This document shows, piece by piece, positions 9,948-19,932 of a DNA stretch of 64,000 nucleotides (its first letter is position 1; the number at the start of each line of letters is the position of its first letter). The position numbers and the translations under genes were made by a program. Source of the DNA: an uncultured virus (IMG/VR IMGVR_UViG_3300043467_002020) (Duplodnaviria; Heunggongvirae; Uroviricota; Caudoviricetes); the IMG/VR virus record IMGVR_UViG_3300043467_002020, one strand, 5' to 3'. Below the pieces are notes generated by a model. That model saw only the letters and a list, made by a program, of their open reading frames with translations. It ran no database searches and had not been told where the DNA came from.

Positions 9948-12900
9948 TATCGACGCTCCTTTTCTGAACGTTCCCTATCCTGTAATTTTGCCATAACCAT
10001 CTGAGCTATAGCTTCTGGCGAGCTATTTCCGCCGTTTACCTCGATTGAGTAGTAGTTGTTAGTACTACCTCCACCGCTAGTAGCGGAAGAGATTGGTCGC
10101 GCGACTGACGTGTCTCCGACTCCAGGGCCGGGAACGACGTGTAGATGGCGATTTGCCGCACTTCCGTGGAACTCAGCGAATCCACCATTTGCGTGAACCA
10201 ACTTCGAATATTGTCCAAGATTTTGACCAACAAGGTCGTACGCCGAGCCGGTGGCATGGTCGGAGCTTGGTGAACCAAGGGCGTAATTTCGCAAGCTAGA
10301 CGTAACTGTCCTCTTGCCAGTTAGCTGACCATTCATGGCGGCATGCCGGCCCATCGTTTGGGAGAGTTTGCTTGTGGAAGTATCTCCGATGGCACCTCCG
10401 CGAGGGGTAGAGGTGTCTCCGGCTGGCCTGAGTGATTTGTCTTCCTCGTTATATACAAGGCCCTGCTTCCACCATTCCGGAGCTTCGCCTAGCGGAGCCG
10501 TAAAGAAACCTGCCATATTCGTATTAAATATTTTGATTGCATCTTCCAGCCCTGCTGCCGCGGTGCCCATGCTTGTAGCCGCTGTTGCAACGTCGTCTAA
10601 TGCAGCCGTGTTTTCTTTTGCCAAACCTAACTCACCCATCCCATAGCCAGACAATGCGCTTTGGGCTCCGAGCGCCGGATTGTAGGCACCTTCCAACCCT
10701 AATGTTCCGGTTGGAATCGCCCCTGGCGCCCCCTTGGGTGAATCTAGCAATCGTTGACGCAAGCCGTCTGCGTCGTCGTAGGTTAAATCGTAGTCTTTAA
10801 TATCACCTAAGAGTTTAAGGAATTGTTCTGGGTTGTTTTGAAGTAGCGTTGTTAGTTGCGACTCCAAAACCCCTTCTTCAATTTTTAGATTTCCATGCTC
10901 TTCGCTTGACAGAATGGTTCGAAGTTGCTCTGAGGCTGCACCTACCGCTCCTTTCTCCATGTCTCGTACCGACGCCTGATATATCGGGTCATTTACGAAT
11001 GTTTCGCCTTGTCCAGCGAGCTCAGCACCGGGAGCAAATATTTTCCCATCGGCATTCTTTCCGCCAAAAAGCTCCAAGAATCCTTGGTACGCCATGATGC
11101 CGTCACCACCGGCAACTTGTAATAATTGATTAAATGCAGGCTCCATATGCGCACGCATTGCGGTTGTTTTTTCGTCAGCGGTCGTACTAGGGTCCCTCAT
11201 TATGTCGCCCAGTTGCCTCAAATTTGAATCAAGAGCGTATGTTGCCTCTTCCTTCTCTCGTTGCGTCTTGAAGGCGTTGGCGCCAGAAAGGACAATATCA
11301 GATATTAGGTCGTTTAATTCTGCTCCGGTCTTTTTCAGGGAGCCTGAGAACTTTAAAAGAAGGTCGTTGTATTTTATTGTTGGGTCATACAGGTCGACGC
11401 CAAGCGTTTTTGCCAGCTGCTCTAGCTCTGCTCCGCTCTTACCCGTAGCTCGTGATAATGCGCCGATTCTTTCGGTGTTTTGTTTGTCTATTCTCGACAA
11501 CTGCGCTTCGATAAGCGGGTCTGATGTTTTCATGATATGTCGGATAGAGTTGGTTGCTCTGGCTTTTAGGGCGTCCCTCTCCTCTGATGTTAATTTTTTA
11601 CCTGAATCTGTTTTGAAGTATTCGTCGAGTATGCCTTTGGCGTCATTAAATTCTGTTTTCCCATTACTCTCGTAACTCCCGCCACCAGCTGCAATGGCTG
11701 CCGTAATATCCCTATTGAACTGACCTAAAGTTTTTCCAAAGCTTGTCCCCAGGCCCACCATTGCGGCATCTCGGCCCTTGAGGCTTCCGCCGCCCCTCAG
11801 TGTTTCTGCATTTCTTTCAAACTGTCGACCGGATTTCCGAAGGTCAATCATGAAGAAGCTAGCCATGCTGGCGTCTATAATCTTTTTAGCCTTTTTTAAT
11901 TTCTCTCTACCAGCACCTACTGCGCCAGCAATGCTGCCGACAAGAAGACCTACTCCAGCACCTATTGCTGCGCCATAGGGTCCGAACATTGCACCCGCCG
12001 CAGCTCCACCGGCCGCTCCAGCGAGTGCTCCAGCCTTCACGGATGTTGCCTTGAGCGCCGAGCCGATTCCTGCGACGGCAGCACCCAACATAGGGTTCAC
12101 TTGCGCAACCATTCCGCCTAACGCAATTGCTCCTTGCATTTCTTCCGGTGCGTATTGGCTTGCCAGTCCTAGTCCCATACCGACGCCCATTTTCGCGCCC
12201 ATACTGTTGTTAAACTTTTTTACTCCTCCGCCAAATTTGCTATCATTTCGTGAAATTCTGTTCATATCGCGACGATAAGACAGTCTGCCTCCAAGCTTTT
12301 TTAAGCCCCCTTGCTTATCGCTTTCACCTCTTCTGGCCAATAATGCCGCTCTCGGCGTAGCTAAATCCTTGTATTCGCCCTTCTCTGCATCCCATGCCCC
12401 AGAGTTCATCTGAGCGAAACCGCCGCGAATGGCGCCAAAGCCACGTCTAGCGAGGTATTGCCCCCTATCGGCGACTCCTACGGCCTTTAGAGCGCCACGC
12501 TTTGCGCTATTGGCAAGACCCTGCCCGACGCTTACAGTACGACCATCTTCCGAGTATATTTTGTTTGAGCCTTTAAACTTGCCCTTATTCTTATTCAATA
12601 TTGCATCGACTAGTAGCTTTCTGTCGGCGAAAGTATCGCTCATTCTGGGTGCGCCTGGTCCTTGCTGGCCACCCGGCATTGCTCCACCGATTTGAGTGCC
12701 AACAATCCCTTTTTTTGTGGCTATTTCTCGCAGTTCATCCATCGAGCGGGCATTAAGAGATTGCCTCGCCCTAAATTTTGCGCTCATACCAGAGTTGGCG
12801 TTGGGGTTGACTGCCGTCGTTGTGCCGTCTGGGTTCGTTTTTATCGTGCCGTCTGGGTTCTTTACCTGTCCCATGTCTGCGTACGGGTCTCTGGCGCGAG

Positions 12901-14848
12901 CTCCAGTGACCGCATATCCAAACCCACGGCCAATTTTGCTATCTCTTTCTTTGCGTTTTACAATTCGGTCTTGAATTCCGCTATTAGCAACCTGCATTTT
13001 ACTGCCAAGTTTTGAACTTCCAAAAAACTTCGAGTTTGGGTCGTTTGAAACATCACGGAATCCTTGACGGACATTCATTCCCGGCAGGACTAGTGGACTC
13101 GTCGCCGGATATCCGCTAGAAAGGGCTCCACCACCGCCGCCGCCTCGACCTGATGCCAGCGATGACGTTGGGCCAGCTGGACCAAGATTTTTGCCACCAA
13201 TAGAAACATTTTGAGCGTTAACGCTCATGGTCTTGACGGTTTGAACCCCTGGCATTAAACGGCCCTTTACGCCGCTCATTTTTTTACCTATAATCGAGAA
13301 TGCCAGTAATGGTGCAAGGGCCGAAGCCAGCCCTCCGCCAGCCCCACCACTAAACATTTTGGAAATCATATTGAAGACGCTTGTTAGTCCAGATACTAGG
13401 TCGCTCAAAAAGGGGAGCATATCCATAAACATCTTTTTAAGATTCATGAAGAATTTTGATAAAGAATCGATGAGCTCCCCAACACGTTCGCCGAATTCTG
13501 CAACTTCATTTTTGTTTTCAACAAGAAGGTCTTTGAATAAGGTCAGGTTTCCGGCACCTCGTTTAATTGCCTCCCACACTGGAGTAAAAGCGCCATAAAG
13601 TACTTTTGCACCCTCTATCAATGGACGGGTCTGGTCAAGAACCAAATCCCAACCGCGCTTAAATTTAGTGAACCAATCTCCGATTCTGTCGAACATACCT
13701 AACGCACCGGGGAGGTATTCGCGAATCATCTTCACGAGCCAATTAGATGCTTTTTCTATGCCGCCAGCAAAGCCATCGATTACGCCCGTCGCCCCAAAAC
13801 TATATGAAATAGCGCCCATTATGCGCTGCATGTCTCTGCGTATTGTTCCGAACACTCCCTCAAATGCAGTTTTGAGTGGCTCCAAGAATGAGTCGCCAAA
13901 ATCAGCAAACTCGCCACGTAATTGACTAAAGTAGCCCTTCATCTGAGAAATTAAAGTACCGTTTACGGCTTCGAACTGACCAGTGACACCGCCCTTGTCC
14001 GCCAATTGCCCAGACATCAGAAGTTCTTTAAATTGCTCCTTAGTTTTTATGGTTGTCCCTTTTAGGGCTTTTTCCATTTCTGGGCCAAGTTTTTTAGCTT
14101 CTTTTATTACGTCAGAAATGCTCTTTTTGCTATTAGAAAGATTTTCGATAACAATAGATACTTGTTCCAGGCCCTTTGCGGGGTCTTGGCCTGCTGAACC
14201 AAAATCCATCAAAGCCTTGATTGATGCACCGCTTTTATTTATTTGTGCGGTATTCATCGACTTAGACATGGTTCCGTAAGCCTTGTTGAGTGCCTCGACT
14301 CCGAGGGTCGCCAGACTTGCGTCACTCTGTAGGTTCCGCATACCCATTCTTGTCTGATTCATCGCTGAACCAAATGCAGGGGCTCCCTTGCCTCTGTAGG
14401 CATAAATGGCGGCCTGCTGCTCCCTGATAGCGGCGCTCGCTGCCGATATTGCGACGACTACCCCCGCCGCACCAGCAGAAAGCATTTGCATCGCCCCCCT
14501 ATATGCTTTGACAAGTAATTGCCCAGCAGCAAATAGAGCGTGGACTCCTATCATCGCAGCGCCAAGGGCTGCCATTTCTATAACGACACCCTTGATAGCC
14601 ATACCGAGGAACTTGGTGAGCCCTTTTCCTGCCATTTTGGCGCCAGCATCTATGGCGTCGAAACTGCGTTTCCAGCCTTTTGTGGTATTTGCTAGTTTAC
14701 TACCCGACTGTTGCGCGAGAGCTTCGCCCCTGCCGCTGGAAAGTTTTTTTACTCTTTTTTCTAGTAATGAAAGCTGAGCTATTGCTTTAGTGAGCTCCCT
14801 AGTTTGGGCCTCAAACTTAATTTTAATATCAACTATTTCATCAGCCAT
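9947..14848 (-). CDS. tail tape measure protein with C-terminal M15/LAS-type Zn peptidase-like domain
   Basis: 1633 aa, Ala/Gly-rich and helical; downstream of the chaperone genes; 'SDHATGSAYD...RHLHV' = H-x6-D...HxH. Confidence 0.9.
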   Translation of the reverse strand: MADEIVDIKIKFEAQTRELTKAIAQLSLLEKRVKKLSSGRGEALAQQSGSKLANTTKGWKRSFDAIDAGAKMAGKGLTKFLGMAIKGVVIEMAALGAAMIGVHALFAAGQLLVKAYRGAMQMLSAGAAGVVVAISAASAAIREQQAAIYAYRGKGAPAFGSAMNQTRMGMRNLQSDASLATLGVEALNKAYGTMSKSMNTAQINKSGASIKALMDFGSAGQDPAKGLEQVSIVIENLSNSKKSISDVIKEAKKLGPEMEKALKGTTIKTKEQFKELLMSGQLADKGGVTGQFEAVNGTLISQMKGYFSQLRGEFADFGDSFLEPLKTAFEGVFGTIRRDMQRIMGAISYSFGATGVIDGFAGGIEKASNWLVKMIREYLPGALGMFDRIGDWFTKFKRGWDLVLDQTRPLIEGAKVLYGAFTPVWEAIKRGAGNLTLFKDLLVENKNEVAEFGERVGELIDSLSKFFMNLKKMFMDMLPFLSDLVSGLTSVFNMISKMFSGGAGGGLASALAPLLAFSIIGKKMSGVKGRLMPGVQTVKTMSVNAQNVSIGGKNLGPAGPTSSLASGRGGGGGGALSSGYPATSPLVLPGMNVRQGFRDVSNDPNSKFFGSSKLGSKMQVANSGIQDRIVKRKERDSKIGRGFGYAVTGARARDPYADMGQVKNPDGTIKTNPDGTTTAVNPNANSGMSAKFRARQSLNARSMDELREIATKKGIVGTQIGGAMPGGQQGPGAPRMSDTFADRKLLVDAILNKNKGKFKGSNKIYSEDGRTVSVGQGLANSAKRGALKAVGVADRGQYLARRGFGAIRGGFAQMNSGAWDAEKGEYKDLATPRAALLARRGESDKQGGLKKLGGRLSYRRDMNRISRNDSKFGGGVKKFNNSMGAKMGVGMGLGLASQYAPEEMQGAIALGGMVAQVNPMLGAAVAGIGSALKATSVKAGALAGAAGGAAAGAMFGPYGAAIGAGVGLLVGSIAGAVGAGREKLKKAKKIIDASMASFFMIDLRKSGRQFERNAETLRGGGSLKGRDAAMVGLGTSFGKTLGQFNRDITAAIAAGGGSYESNGKTEFNDAKGILDEYFKTDSGKKLTSEERDALKARATNSIRHIMKTSDPLIEAQLSRIDKQNTERIGALSRATGKSGAELEQLAKTLGVDLYDPTIKYNDLLLKFSGSLKKTGAELNDLISDIVLSGANAFKTQREKEEATYALDSNLRQLGDIMRDPSTTADEKTTAMRAHMEPAFNQLLQVAGGDGIMAYQGFLELFGGKNADGKIFAPGAELAGQGETFVNDPIYQASVRDMEKGAVGAASEQLRTILSSEEHGNLKIEEGVLESQLTTLLQNNPEQFLKLLGDIKDYDLTYDDADGLRQRLLDSPKGAPGAIPTGTLGLEGAYNPALGAQSALSGYGMGELGLAKENTAALDDVATAATSMGTAAAGLEDAIKIFNTNMAGFFTAPLGEAPEWWKQGLVYNEEDKSLRPAGDTSTPRGGAIGDTSTSKLSQTMGRHAAMNGQLTGKRTVTSSLRNYALGSPSSDHATGSAYDLVGQNLGQYSKLVHANGGFAEFHGSAANRHLHVVPGPGVGDTSVARPISSATSGGGSTNNYYSIEVNGGNSSPEAIAQMVMAKLQDRERSEKERR

Positions 14849-14913
14849 TTGGCACTCCGTGTGAGTTTTAAGTCACGTGAGTGTAAGGCTGCCAAGCTAT
14901 TGGGGCTCCACCC

Positions 14914-15105
14914 CTAAGTCTTCGGCTTGCGCTCTTGCTCTTCGCGGTCGTTACTTATAACTTTAGCACAGGCAAGAAGTAGTAACCAGTCATTATCGTC
15001 TACGTCCATTAATTCCAATGGACTAACGTGAAATAACTCGCCTAATCTTGCCGCAGATATAAGTGTGGAATCTTCAACTAGTTCGTCGAAGACTCCTTCG
15101 TAGGG
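14914..15105 (-). CDS. tail assembly chaperone frameshift extension (gpT/gpE'-like); not in the ORF track
   Basis: -1 frame open for 63 codons: PYEGVFDELVEDSTLISAARLGELFHVSPLELMDVDDNDWLLLLACAKVISNDREEQERKPKT*; overlaps the end of the chaperone gene. Confidence 0.75.
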   Translation of the reverse strand, partial: PYEGVFDELVEDSTLISAARLGELFHVSPLELMDVDDNDWLLLLACAKVISNDREEQERKPKT

Positions 15106-15629
15106 TCCACAGCAGCAACCGTGTCTGAGTATCCAGCGGAGTCAAGGATTGCTAAAGCCGCAGATTCAACATGTGGGTCAACGCCAAACATTGCTCGAAC
15201 TGCATCCGGAACCGGCTTCATCGACTCGGTCATTTCGAGAATTTGAGGATGGGCAAAATTGAGATTATTGCCGTTTTCGTCAAAAATCTCTTCATCATCA
15301 ATGCAGATACCGATGGTGGTGTGGCCGATAACTAGACAAGCAAACTTGAGCGAGTCAAGTCCATTTCTTGAATCTTCACCAGCATTTTTGCGCCAGTTCT
15401 TCATCTGCGATTGAGTGATATTGGGGCTCACTTTGAGGCTTACACCCGGGCGTTCCGTCACCTGAATATGGACTACGGACCGCTCAACCTTTTTCTTGAC
15501 AATGTTTCTCAGCTTTTCAAGCTGGGTCTCTTCCTTGGCGGCAGGCAACAAGGAATCACGATGAGTTGACTTCTTGCTGCTTTTTCCGTCGTCGGCTTCT
15601 TCAGTTACGTATAGTGAATTTTCGCTCAT
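15078..15629 (-). CDS. tail assembly chaperone (gpG-like)
   Basis: located between tube and tape measure genes; ends 'VDPTKESSTN' at a candidate slip site. Confidence 0.75.
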   Translation of the reverse strand: MSENSLYVTEEADDGKSSKKSTHRDSLLPAAKEETQLEKLRNIVKKKVERSVVHIQVTERPGVSLKVSPNITQSQMKNWRKNAGEDSRNGLDSLKFACLVIGHTTIGICIDDEEIFDENGNNLNFAHPQILEMTESMKPVPDAVRAMFGVDPHVESAALAILDSAGYSDTVAAVDPTKESSTN

Positions 15630-15636
15630 AGAGCAA

Positions 15637-15671
15637 AAACTATCACATAATTAACCGACTCTATGCAACTA
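15637..15671 (-). promoter_or_regulatory. putative late promoter (TAGTTGCAT-N20-TAGTTT), leaderless
   Basis: motif shared with the sheath, protease and capsid upstream regions; the -10 lies 7 nt before the ATG. Confidence 0.45.
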
Positions 15672-16172
15672 GCTTAAAGTTGGTGCGTTTACGTCCGAGA
15701 TAGCAAAAGTCAAGGCGAATGTCGCCGGAGCGCCCGAAGATGAGTCACCTTCTGGTTCGGTCATTCCTACCAACAAAGCATTGGAGTAGATTCTGTCGTT
15801 CGTGGGGTCTTTGATGTCGCAGCTATAAACAGATACCGTAATGTTGTAGTAACCGGTACCGACATATTTGCGTAGGCCTTGCAGCTTGGCGCCAATGCCA
15901 GCAGCAGTATCGGCGCTGGTCATATCGTCGTCATAGTGTGCCGTCAGTGTAATGTCGCCTATTTCAGATGGAGCGCAGAGAACTGTAGGTCGAGCACTGC
16001 CACCTTCGTAGATTTTTTCTACAGAGGCGGTGATTTCTCCACCCGACACCTGGGCAAAGCGAAGATTGCCCCACTTGGGGAGGTTCACCTGCACGTTGGT
16101 CTGCTGCTTGCCGTTAATGAAAGTGCTTGGAACTATTGTTGCAAGTACTTGTCTCTGTGATACTTTTGCCAT
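15669..16172 (-). CDS. tail tube protein (T4 gp19-like)
   Basis: 'FAQVSGGEITASVEKIYEGG...GDITLT' pattern; directly after the sheath gene. Confidence 0.8.
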   Translation of the reverse strand: MAKVSQRQVLATIVPSTFINGKQQTNVQVNLPKWGNLRFAQVSGGEITASVEKIYEGGSARPTVLCAPSEIGDITLTAHYDDDMTSADTAAGIGAKLQGLRKYVGTGYYNITVSVYSCDIKDPTNDRIYSNALLVGMTEPEGDSSSGAPATFALTFAISDVNAPTLS

Positions 16173-16188
16173 TAGCTACTTCCTTCGA

Positions 16189-17652
16189 TTAAACCACTGT
16201 TGAAGTGAGGTTAGACTTTACGATATCGATTTCAATTCTGTCACCAATGCTGCTGACACGGACACCGACTCTGGCTTTCACCAAACCATTTGCCAACTGT
16301 GAGGTTGGGTTGATTGAGGAATCGCACTTCACGATGTATCCGTTATCTAGCTCACGGCCGTTGGCATCAAATGCTGGGTAAAGAGCACCGAGGTTGCGCA
16401 TTACCGACAGGATTGACACAAGGCGTGACTCGATGTCAGCGAAAATGGTGTTTCTTCCATCGATTGAGCTGAACACCACATCTTCAAGCGACCGGTAGCA
16501 CTCTGTAACGATTGAGTTAACAACATCCTGTTGCGTGATATAGCGGAAGTTGTCGTTATCGGAAGAGAGCGAACGGGCTCCATACACGCGAATCGTGTTT
16601 TGAATCACTCGAATTGCGTTTACGTTGCCTTCGTCAAGGTCGTCACCGACAACCTTGCTAATGTCAGTCTTGATGCCGGTCACAAACTTGGCCGCTGAAA
16701 CAATTCCTGCGGCTGGAAGATGTGGTCCGGTCCCATTATGGGCAACGGCGCGCTTTGCAGCCACATACCCAACTGGCGGGATGAATCGTCCTATGCCAGG
16801 CACGCTGGTGGGGATTAAAACCCAAGGATGATATAGGGCTGCATGCTCCGAGCCTTCTCCTGTTTGCAGTGAGAGTGCCTTTTCTTTCATGGCAGCAGCG
16901 GTCGCGCCTTCCGTTCCAAACAGAATAGCAATTCTGCTAGTTGCGTTTGCGTGTTCGATGAGGGCTTCAGCCACAGTGTCGCCGCTATCCTCTGGGCAAA
17001 CAACAGCGCCCGAGCCGAGAGCGTCATTGAACAACGCAAGCTGAGCGATATATTCAGTAGAAGTTACGGTGTCATTATTGTCGTCACCTGTTCCTAATGC
17101 TGTTGGTTCAAGTACTGCCGGCTTCAGGGCCGTACCACCAGAAGCAACTGCTGCAGTCACATAGCGAGCAGCAACTGCACTTAAGTTAATTCGTCCGACT
17201 GCCTGTGATGCTGTCGTCACGCTTCCAGTTGTGTATTTCAAAACATCTTGGTAGTAAATATCAACTTTGAAGGTTGTCGCGGTCGGGTGCGTCACAGCAA
17301 CCTCAACGTCCGCGCTCCAAGCGCCTGCGCCATTCGCTGTCAACGTAATCACGTCGGCGGGAGCTGAGGAGGCCAAAGTCAACGTGCCGACTGTTGCTGA
17401 TGCACCAACGGCACGCGCAATGAAAGCTCGCGTCCCACCTTCCTCAAAAAATGTCTCCACCGTTGGGTGGGTGTACGAGGACGTCAGAAATCCACCGAAA
17501 ATGTCTTCAAAGTCACTAAGACTCTCGACAAGTACGGCTTCGTCCGATGGACCGCGCTCTGTTTTGCCAACAATAAACAGCTGCGAAGATTCGCGGACTG
17601 TTGCCGTTGATGGACCAGTTCTAACTGAAGTTGAAATGACTACGCCAGGCAT
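16189..17652 (-). CDS. contractile tail sheath protein
   Basis: MPGV start; 'VGKTERGP', 'FFEEGG', 'YHPW', 'PP.GYVAA', 'VNAIR...VYGARSL'. Confidence 0.95.
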   Translation of the reverse strand: MPGVVISTSVRTGPSTATVRESSQLFIVGKTERGPSDEAVLVESLSDFEDIFGGFLTSSYTHPTVETFFEEGGTRAFIARAVGASATVGTLTLASSAPADVITLTANGAGAWSADVEVAVTHPTATTFKVDIYYQDVLKYTTGSVTTASQAVGRINLSAVAARYVTAAVASGGTALKPAVLEPTALGTGDDNNDTVTSTEYIAQLALFNDALGSGAVVCPEDSGDTVAEALIEHANATSRIAILFGTEGATAAAMKEKALSLQTGEGSEHAALYHPWVLIPTSVPGIGRFIPPVGYVAAKRAVAHNGTGPHLPAAGIVSAAKFVTGIKTDISKVVGDDLDEGNVNAIRVIQNTIRVYGARSLSSDNDNFRYITQQDVVNSIVTECYRSLEDVVFSSIDGRNTIFADIESRLVSILSVMRNLGALYPAFDANGRELDNGYIVKCDSSINPTSQLANGLVKARVGVRVSSIGDRIEIDIVKSNLTSTVV

Positions 17653-17695
17653 AGAACCTCACTGTTTCGCATAGGGAATCCTGTTTGTGATTTCA

Positions 17696-17731
17696 ATTGT
17701 ACAGATGGGATTCTATTATTTTGTGCAACTA
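17696..17731 (-). promoter_or_regulatory. putative late promoter (TAGTTGCAC-N21-TACAAT)
   Basis: intergenic, upstream of sheath; same motif and spacing as before protease and capsid. Confidence 0.55.
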
Positions 17732-17757
17732 TGAATTGAACTTTTAAAACAATATTT

Positions 17758-18366
17758 TTAGTAATCAAGAGATGGCATCTCCTGACTAACGCCAGTAGGC
17801 GTAGTCTCAACGTCTATTTCTGAGACAACACCCAATGCTTCTCGAGCGACAACCTCGTCCATTTCTAGCGTGTAGGCAATGTATGCCCCTGCCATCATTC
17901 GGTCGCCCTTGAGTAGGGTTATGTCTGAATACTCTTCCCGGAAGCTATTTTCGCTGATAAGAGCCCTAAAAGACGTTCGTGAGTCGTGGGCCTTGAGGCA
18001 AGGGTAGTCAAGAAGGGCGCTTCTAGTTACCGTCGTCAATCTATCTCTCATTAAAGTTGTTGCTTCATTTCCTTCGTCTCGTACCCATAGATAGGTCCGC
18101 ATGGAGTAGCTGACGCGATAAAGAGGGTCGGTTTGGTCGTAACCTATTCTTTCAAGTCCATTCATGGAGAGCGCGACAGTAATAACCGAGGGCCATTCAT
18201 CTATCGCCATTGGCTCATAACCTATGTACTGGCCTGGGTCCGGGAGTTTCGTGCTATCGAGGTTCCAGCCGTTTCTGTACCGAATGAGGCGAATCGGAAG
18301 GTCGGCGGTCAAATAGTCATTGACATATTTTTTAGCAAAATGCGAGCCATTCATTAAATAGGTCAT
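17758..18366 (-). CDS. tail terminator/completion protein
   Basis: position between neck and sheath genes; 'WPSVITV' pattern. Confidence 0.55.
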   Translation of the reverse strand: MTYLMNGSHFAKKYVNDYLTADLPIRLIRYRNGWNLDSTKLPDPGQYIGYEPMAIDEWPSVITVALSMNGLERIGYDQTDPLYRVSYSMRTYLWVRDEGNEATTLMRDRLTTVTRSALLDYPCLKAHDSRTSFRALISENSFREEYSDITLLKGDRMMAGAYIAYTLEMDEVVAREALGVVSEIDVETTPTGVSQEMPSLDY

Positions 18367-18863
18367 GCCAGCTTGCTTCCTTGGACAATGTACTGCGTTG
18401 CTTTTTTATTGATGTCTCTGTCAAAATCTTTAGGAACAAATAGCAGCGGGCGAGCAGGCATGTCTTGAGTTCCATACTGGTGAAATTTCGCAATTGGGCT
18501 ATCAATTACGAAAGTTCCTTCCATGTCACTAATCGAGTTCTTGGGACTAGACCCCATGCCGGCGACGCTGCGAAACAGCTTTCCAGTTATTACCAGAGGT
18601 GGAGCCCCAGGAACATTGCGGAACTTCCACGACTCATAGTCATCGTCTAGTGGTGGCCATGCACCCTTGAGCATCGCCTTGGCGGAAAGGGCACCCATGG
18701 TGGTGAAATTCTTAGAATATGCTCTTTCTAAATAACCCTTAGCCCAATTCAAAACAGGCCGCATTGATTTAGCCCTGTCTTTCATGTTTCCTAAGCGGTC
18801 CTTTGCGTCCTCGCCGTGGAAATCGGTATCTCCAATATAAACTACTATGCCGCTTCTGGACAT
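18363..18863 (-). CDS. virion morphogenesis / tail completion protein (Mu gpG-like)
   Basis: 'WPPL...LVITGKLFRS...AKFHQYGTQDMPARPLL'. Confidence 0.85.
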   Translation of the reverse strand: MSRSGIVVYIGDTDFHGEDAKDRLGNMKDRAKSMRPVLNWAKGYLERAYSKNFTTMGALSAKAMLKGAWPPLDDDYESWKFRNVPGAPPLVITGKLFRSVAGMGSSPKNSISDMEGTFVIDSPIAKFHQYGTQDMPARPLLFVPKDFDRDINKKATQYIVQGSKLA

Positions 18864-18865
18864 AA

Positions 18866-19510
18866 TTAAGCCCGAACGCGACGGTATTTGCGCAATGAAG
18901 AAAGTTCCGAATCAAGGAAGCCCGTAACAAGCGGACCAGTATTTCTCGTTGTGATGTCCTTGACTCCAACTACGTCGTCGTGCATGTTTTGCATTTCACG
19001 TGATGCTGCTCTAAGTATCATTAGCTTGAATACGGGTATTGATGGACCATCAAGTCCGGCAGTATACGTAATGGTTATTAAATCATCTGAATATCCGTGG
19101 TAGTAATCAATCCCGTATGTTCGCGTAACGTAGTCGGTATCTTCAATAAGTACTCTTTCCGTGCCAAAAAGTGGCTTTACCTTAACCTCTGATATTGAAG
19201 CAATTGGGGTATTTCTAAAGTAAATAGCGGGTGGCGGTGTCGCCCACGCAACTATGTCGGTGTATGAACCTTTAGTGAAGGAAGAATTATAACTGGTGTT
19301 GTCTGCTGTTAAAAATGTCCCCATTGGGGTGCCATTGTGATTGGAGTCCAGACGGTGCTCTTCTACATATTCGCTGACCTCTATCGGGCGACGTAGGAAT
19401 GATTCGAGCTCGCTTTGAAGACCGGCGAGGACCATGACGGCGGCATCTTCCTGACGTGCCGACAGCTTGATATCCATATATACCTTGACATCATTAACTG
19501 AGACAATCAT
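18866..19510 (-). CDS. head-tail adaptor (gp6-like)
   Basis: 'IVSVNDVKVYM...LESFLRR...ITYTAG...LRKYRR'; GGAG RBS before ATG 19510. Confidence 0.8.
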   Translation of the reverse strand: MIVSVNDVKVYMDIKLSARQEDAAVMVLAGLQSELESFLRRPIEVSEYVEEHRLDSNHNGTPMGTFLTADNTSYNSSFTKGSYTDIVAWATPPPAIYFRNTPIASISEVKVKPLFGTERVLIEDTDYVTRTYGIDYYHGYSDDLITITYTAGLDGPSIPVFKLMILRAASREMQNMHDDVVGVKDITTRNTGPLVTGFLDSELSSLRKYRRVRA

Positions 19511-19594
19511 CGTCACTCCCGTGATAAAGCGATTTTGCAAATAAATGCTTCATCAAATTCTAACACCTAGTTAACTTGTGGGAGGAGAGAAGGG

Positions 19595-19629
19595 TTGACC
19601 GAGCAACGGAATTGGTGTAGATTCGTGCC
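19595..19629 (+). promoter_or_regulatory. sigma70/SigA-type promoter, leaderless
   Basis: TTGACC-N17-TAGATT, then 6 nt to ATG 19630. Confidence 0.65.
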
Positions 19630-19932
19630 ATGTCGGGAAAAAGTAAATTCGATACAATTATTGACATCAAGGGAGATGACCTTAAGTCAATAAATATGGA
19701 GATTCTTGGAAGAATAACTAGGGTTATCTTTTTCCTGTTTATGCCCGACGGTCAGCCAATGAGCGAATCGGACATAGATGACCTGATGGATGAGTCTTTT
19801 GGCCTTGCCTCGCTCTTGATGGCCGTGGCAGGGATGCGGGTGGTTGGGGAGAATATTAACGGCGACTACGTTGTGAAATTCAAGCCATATAAGTCACTAG
19901 AACACTTTGAAAAGGAGAATGAATCCAAATGA
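19630..19932 (+). CDS. hypothetical protein (paralog of the next gene)
   Basis: own promoter; ATGA-coupled to the next ORF; shares a motif with it. Confidence 0.7.
   Translation: MSGKSKFDTIIDIKGDDLKSINMEILGRITRVIFFLFMPDGQPMSESDIDDLMDESFGLASLLMAVAGMRVVGENINGDYVVKFKPYKSLEHFEKENESK

Noticed and set aside
14860..14887. Short imperfect direct repeat GTGAGT(T/G)T..AAG upstream of the tape measure gene
   Set aside because: Only two short copies; cannot be distinguished from chance.
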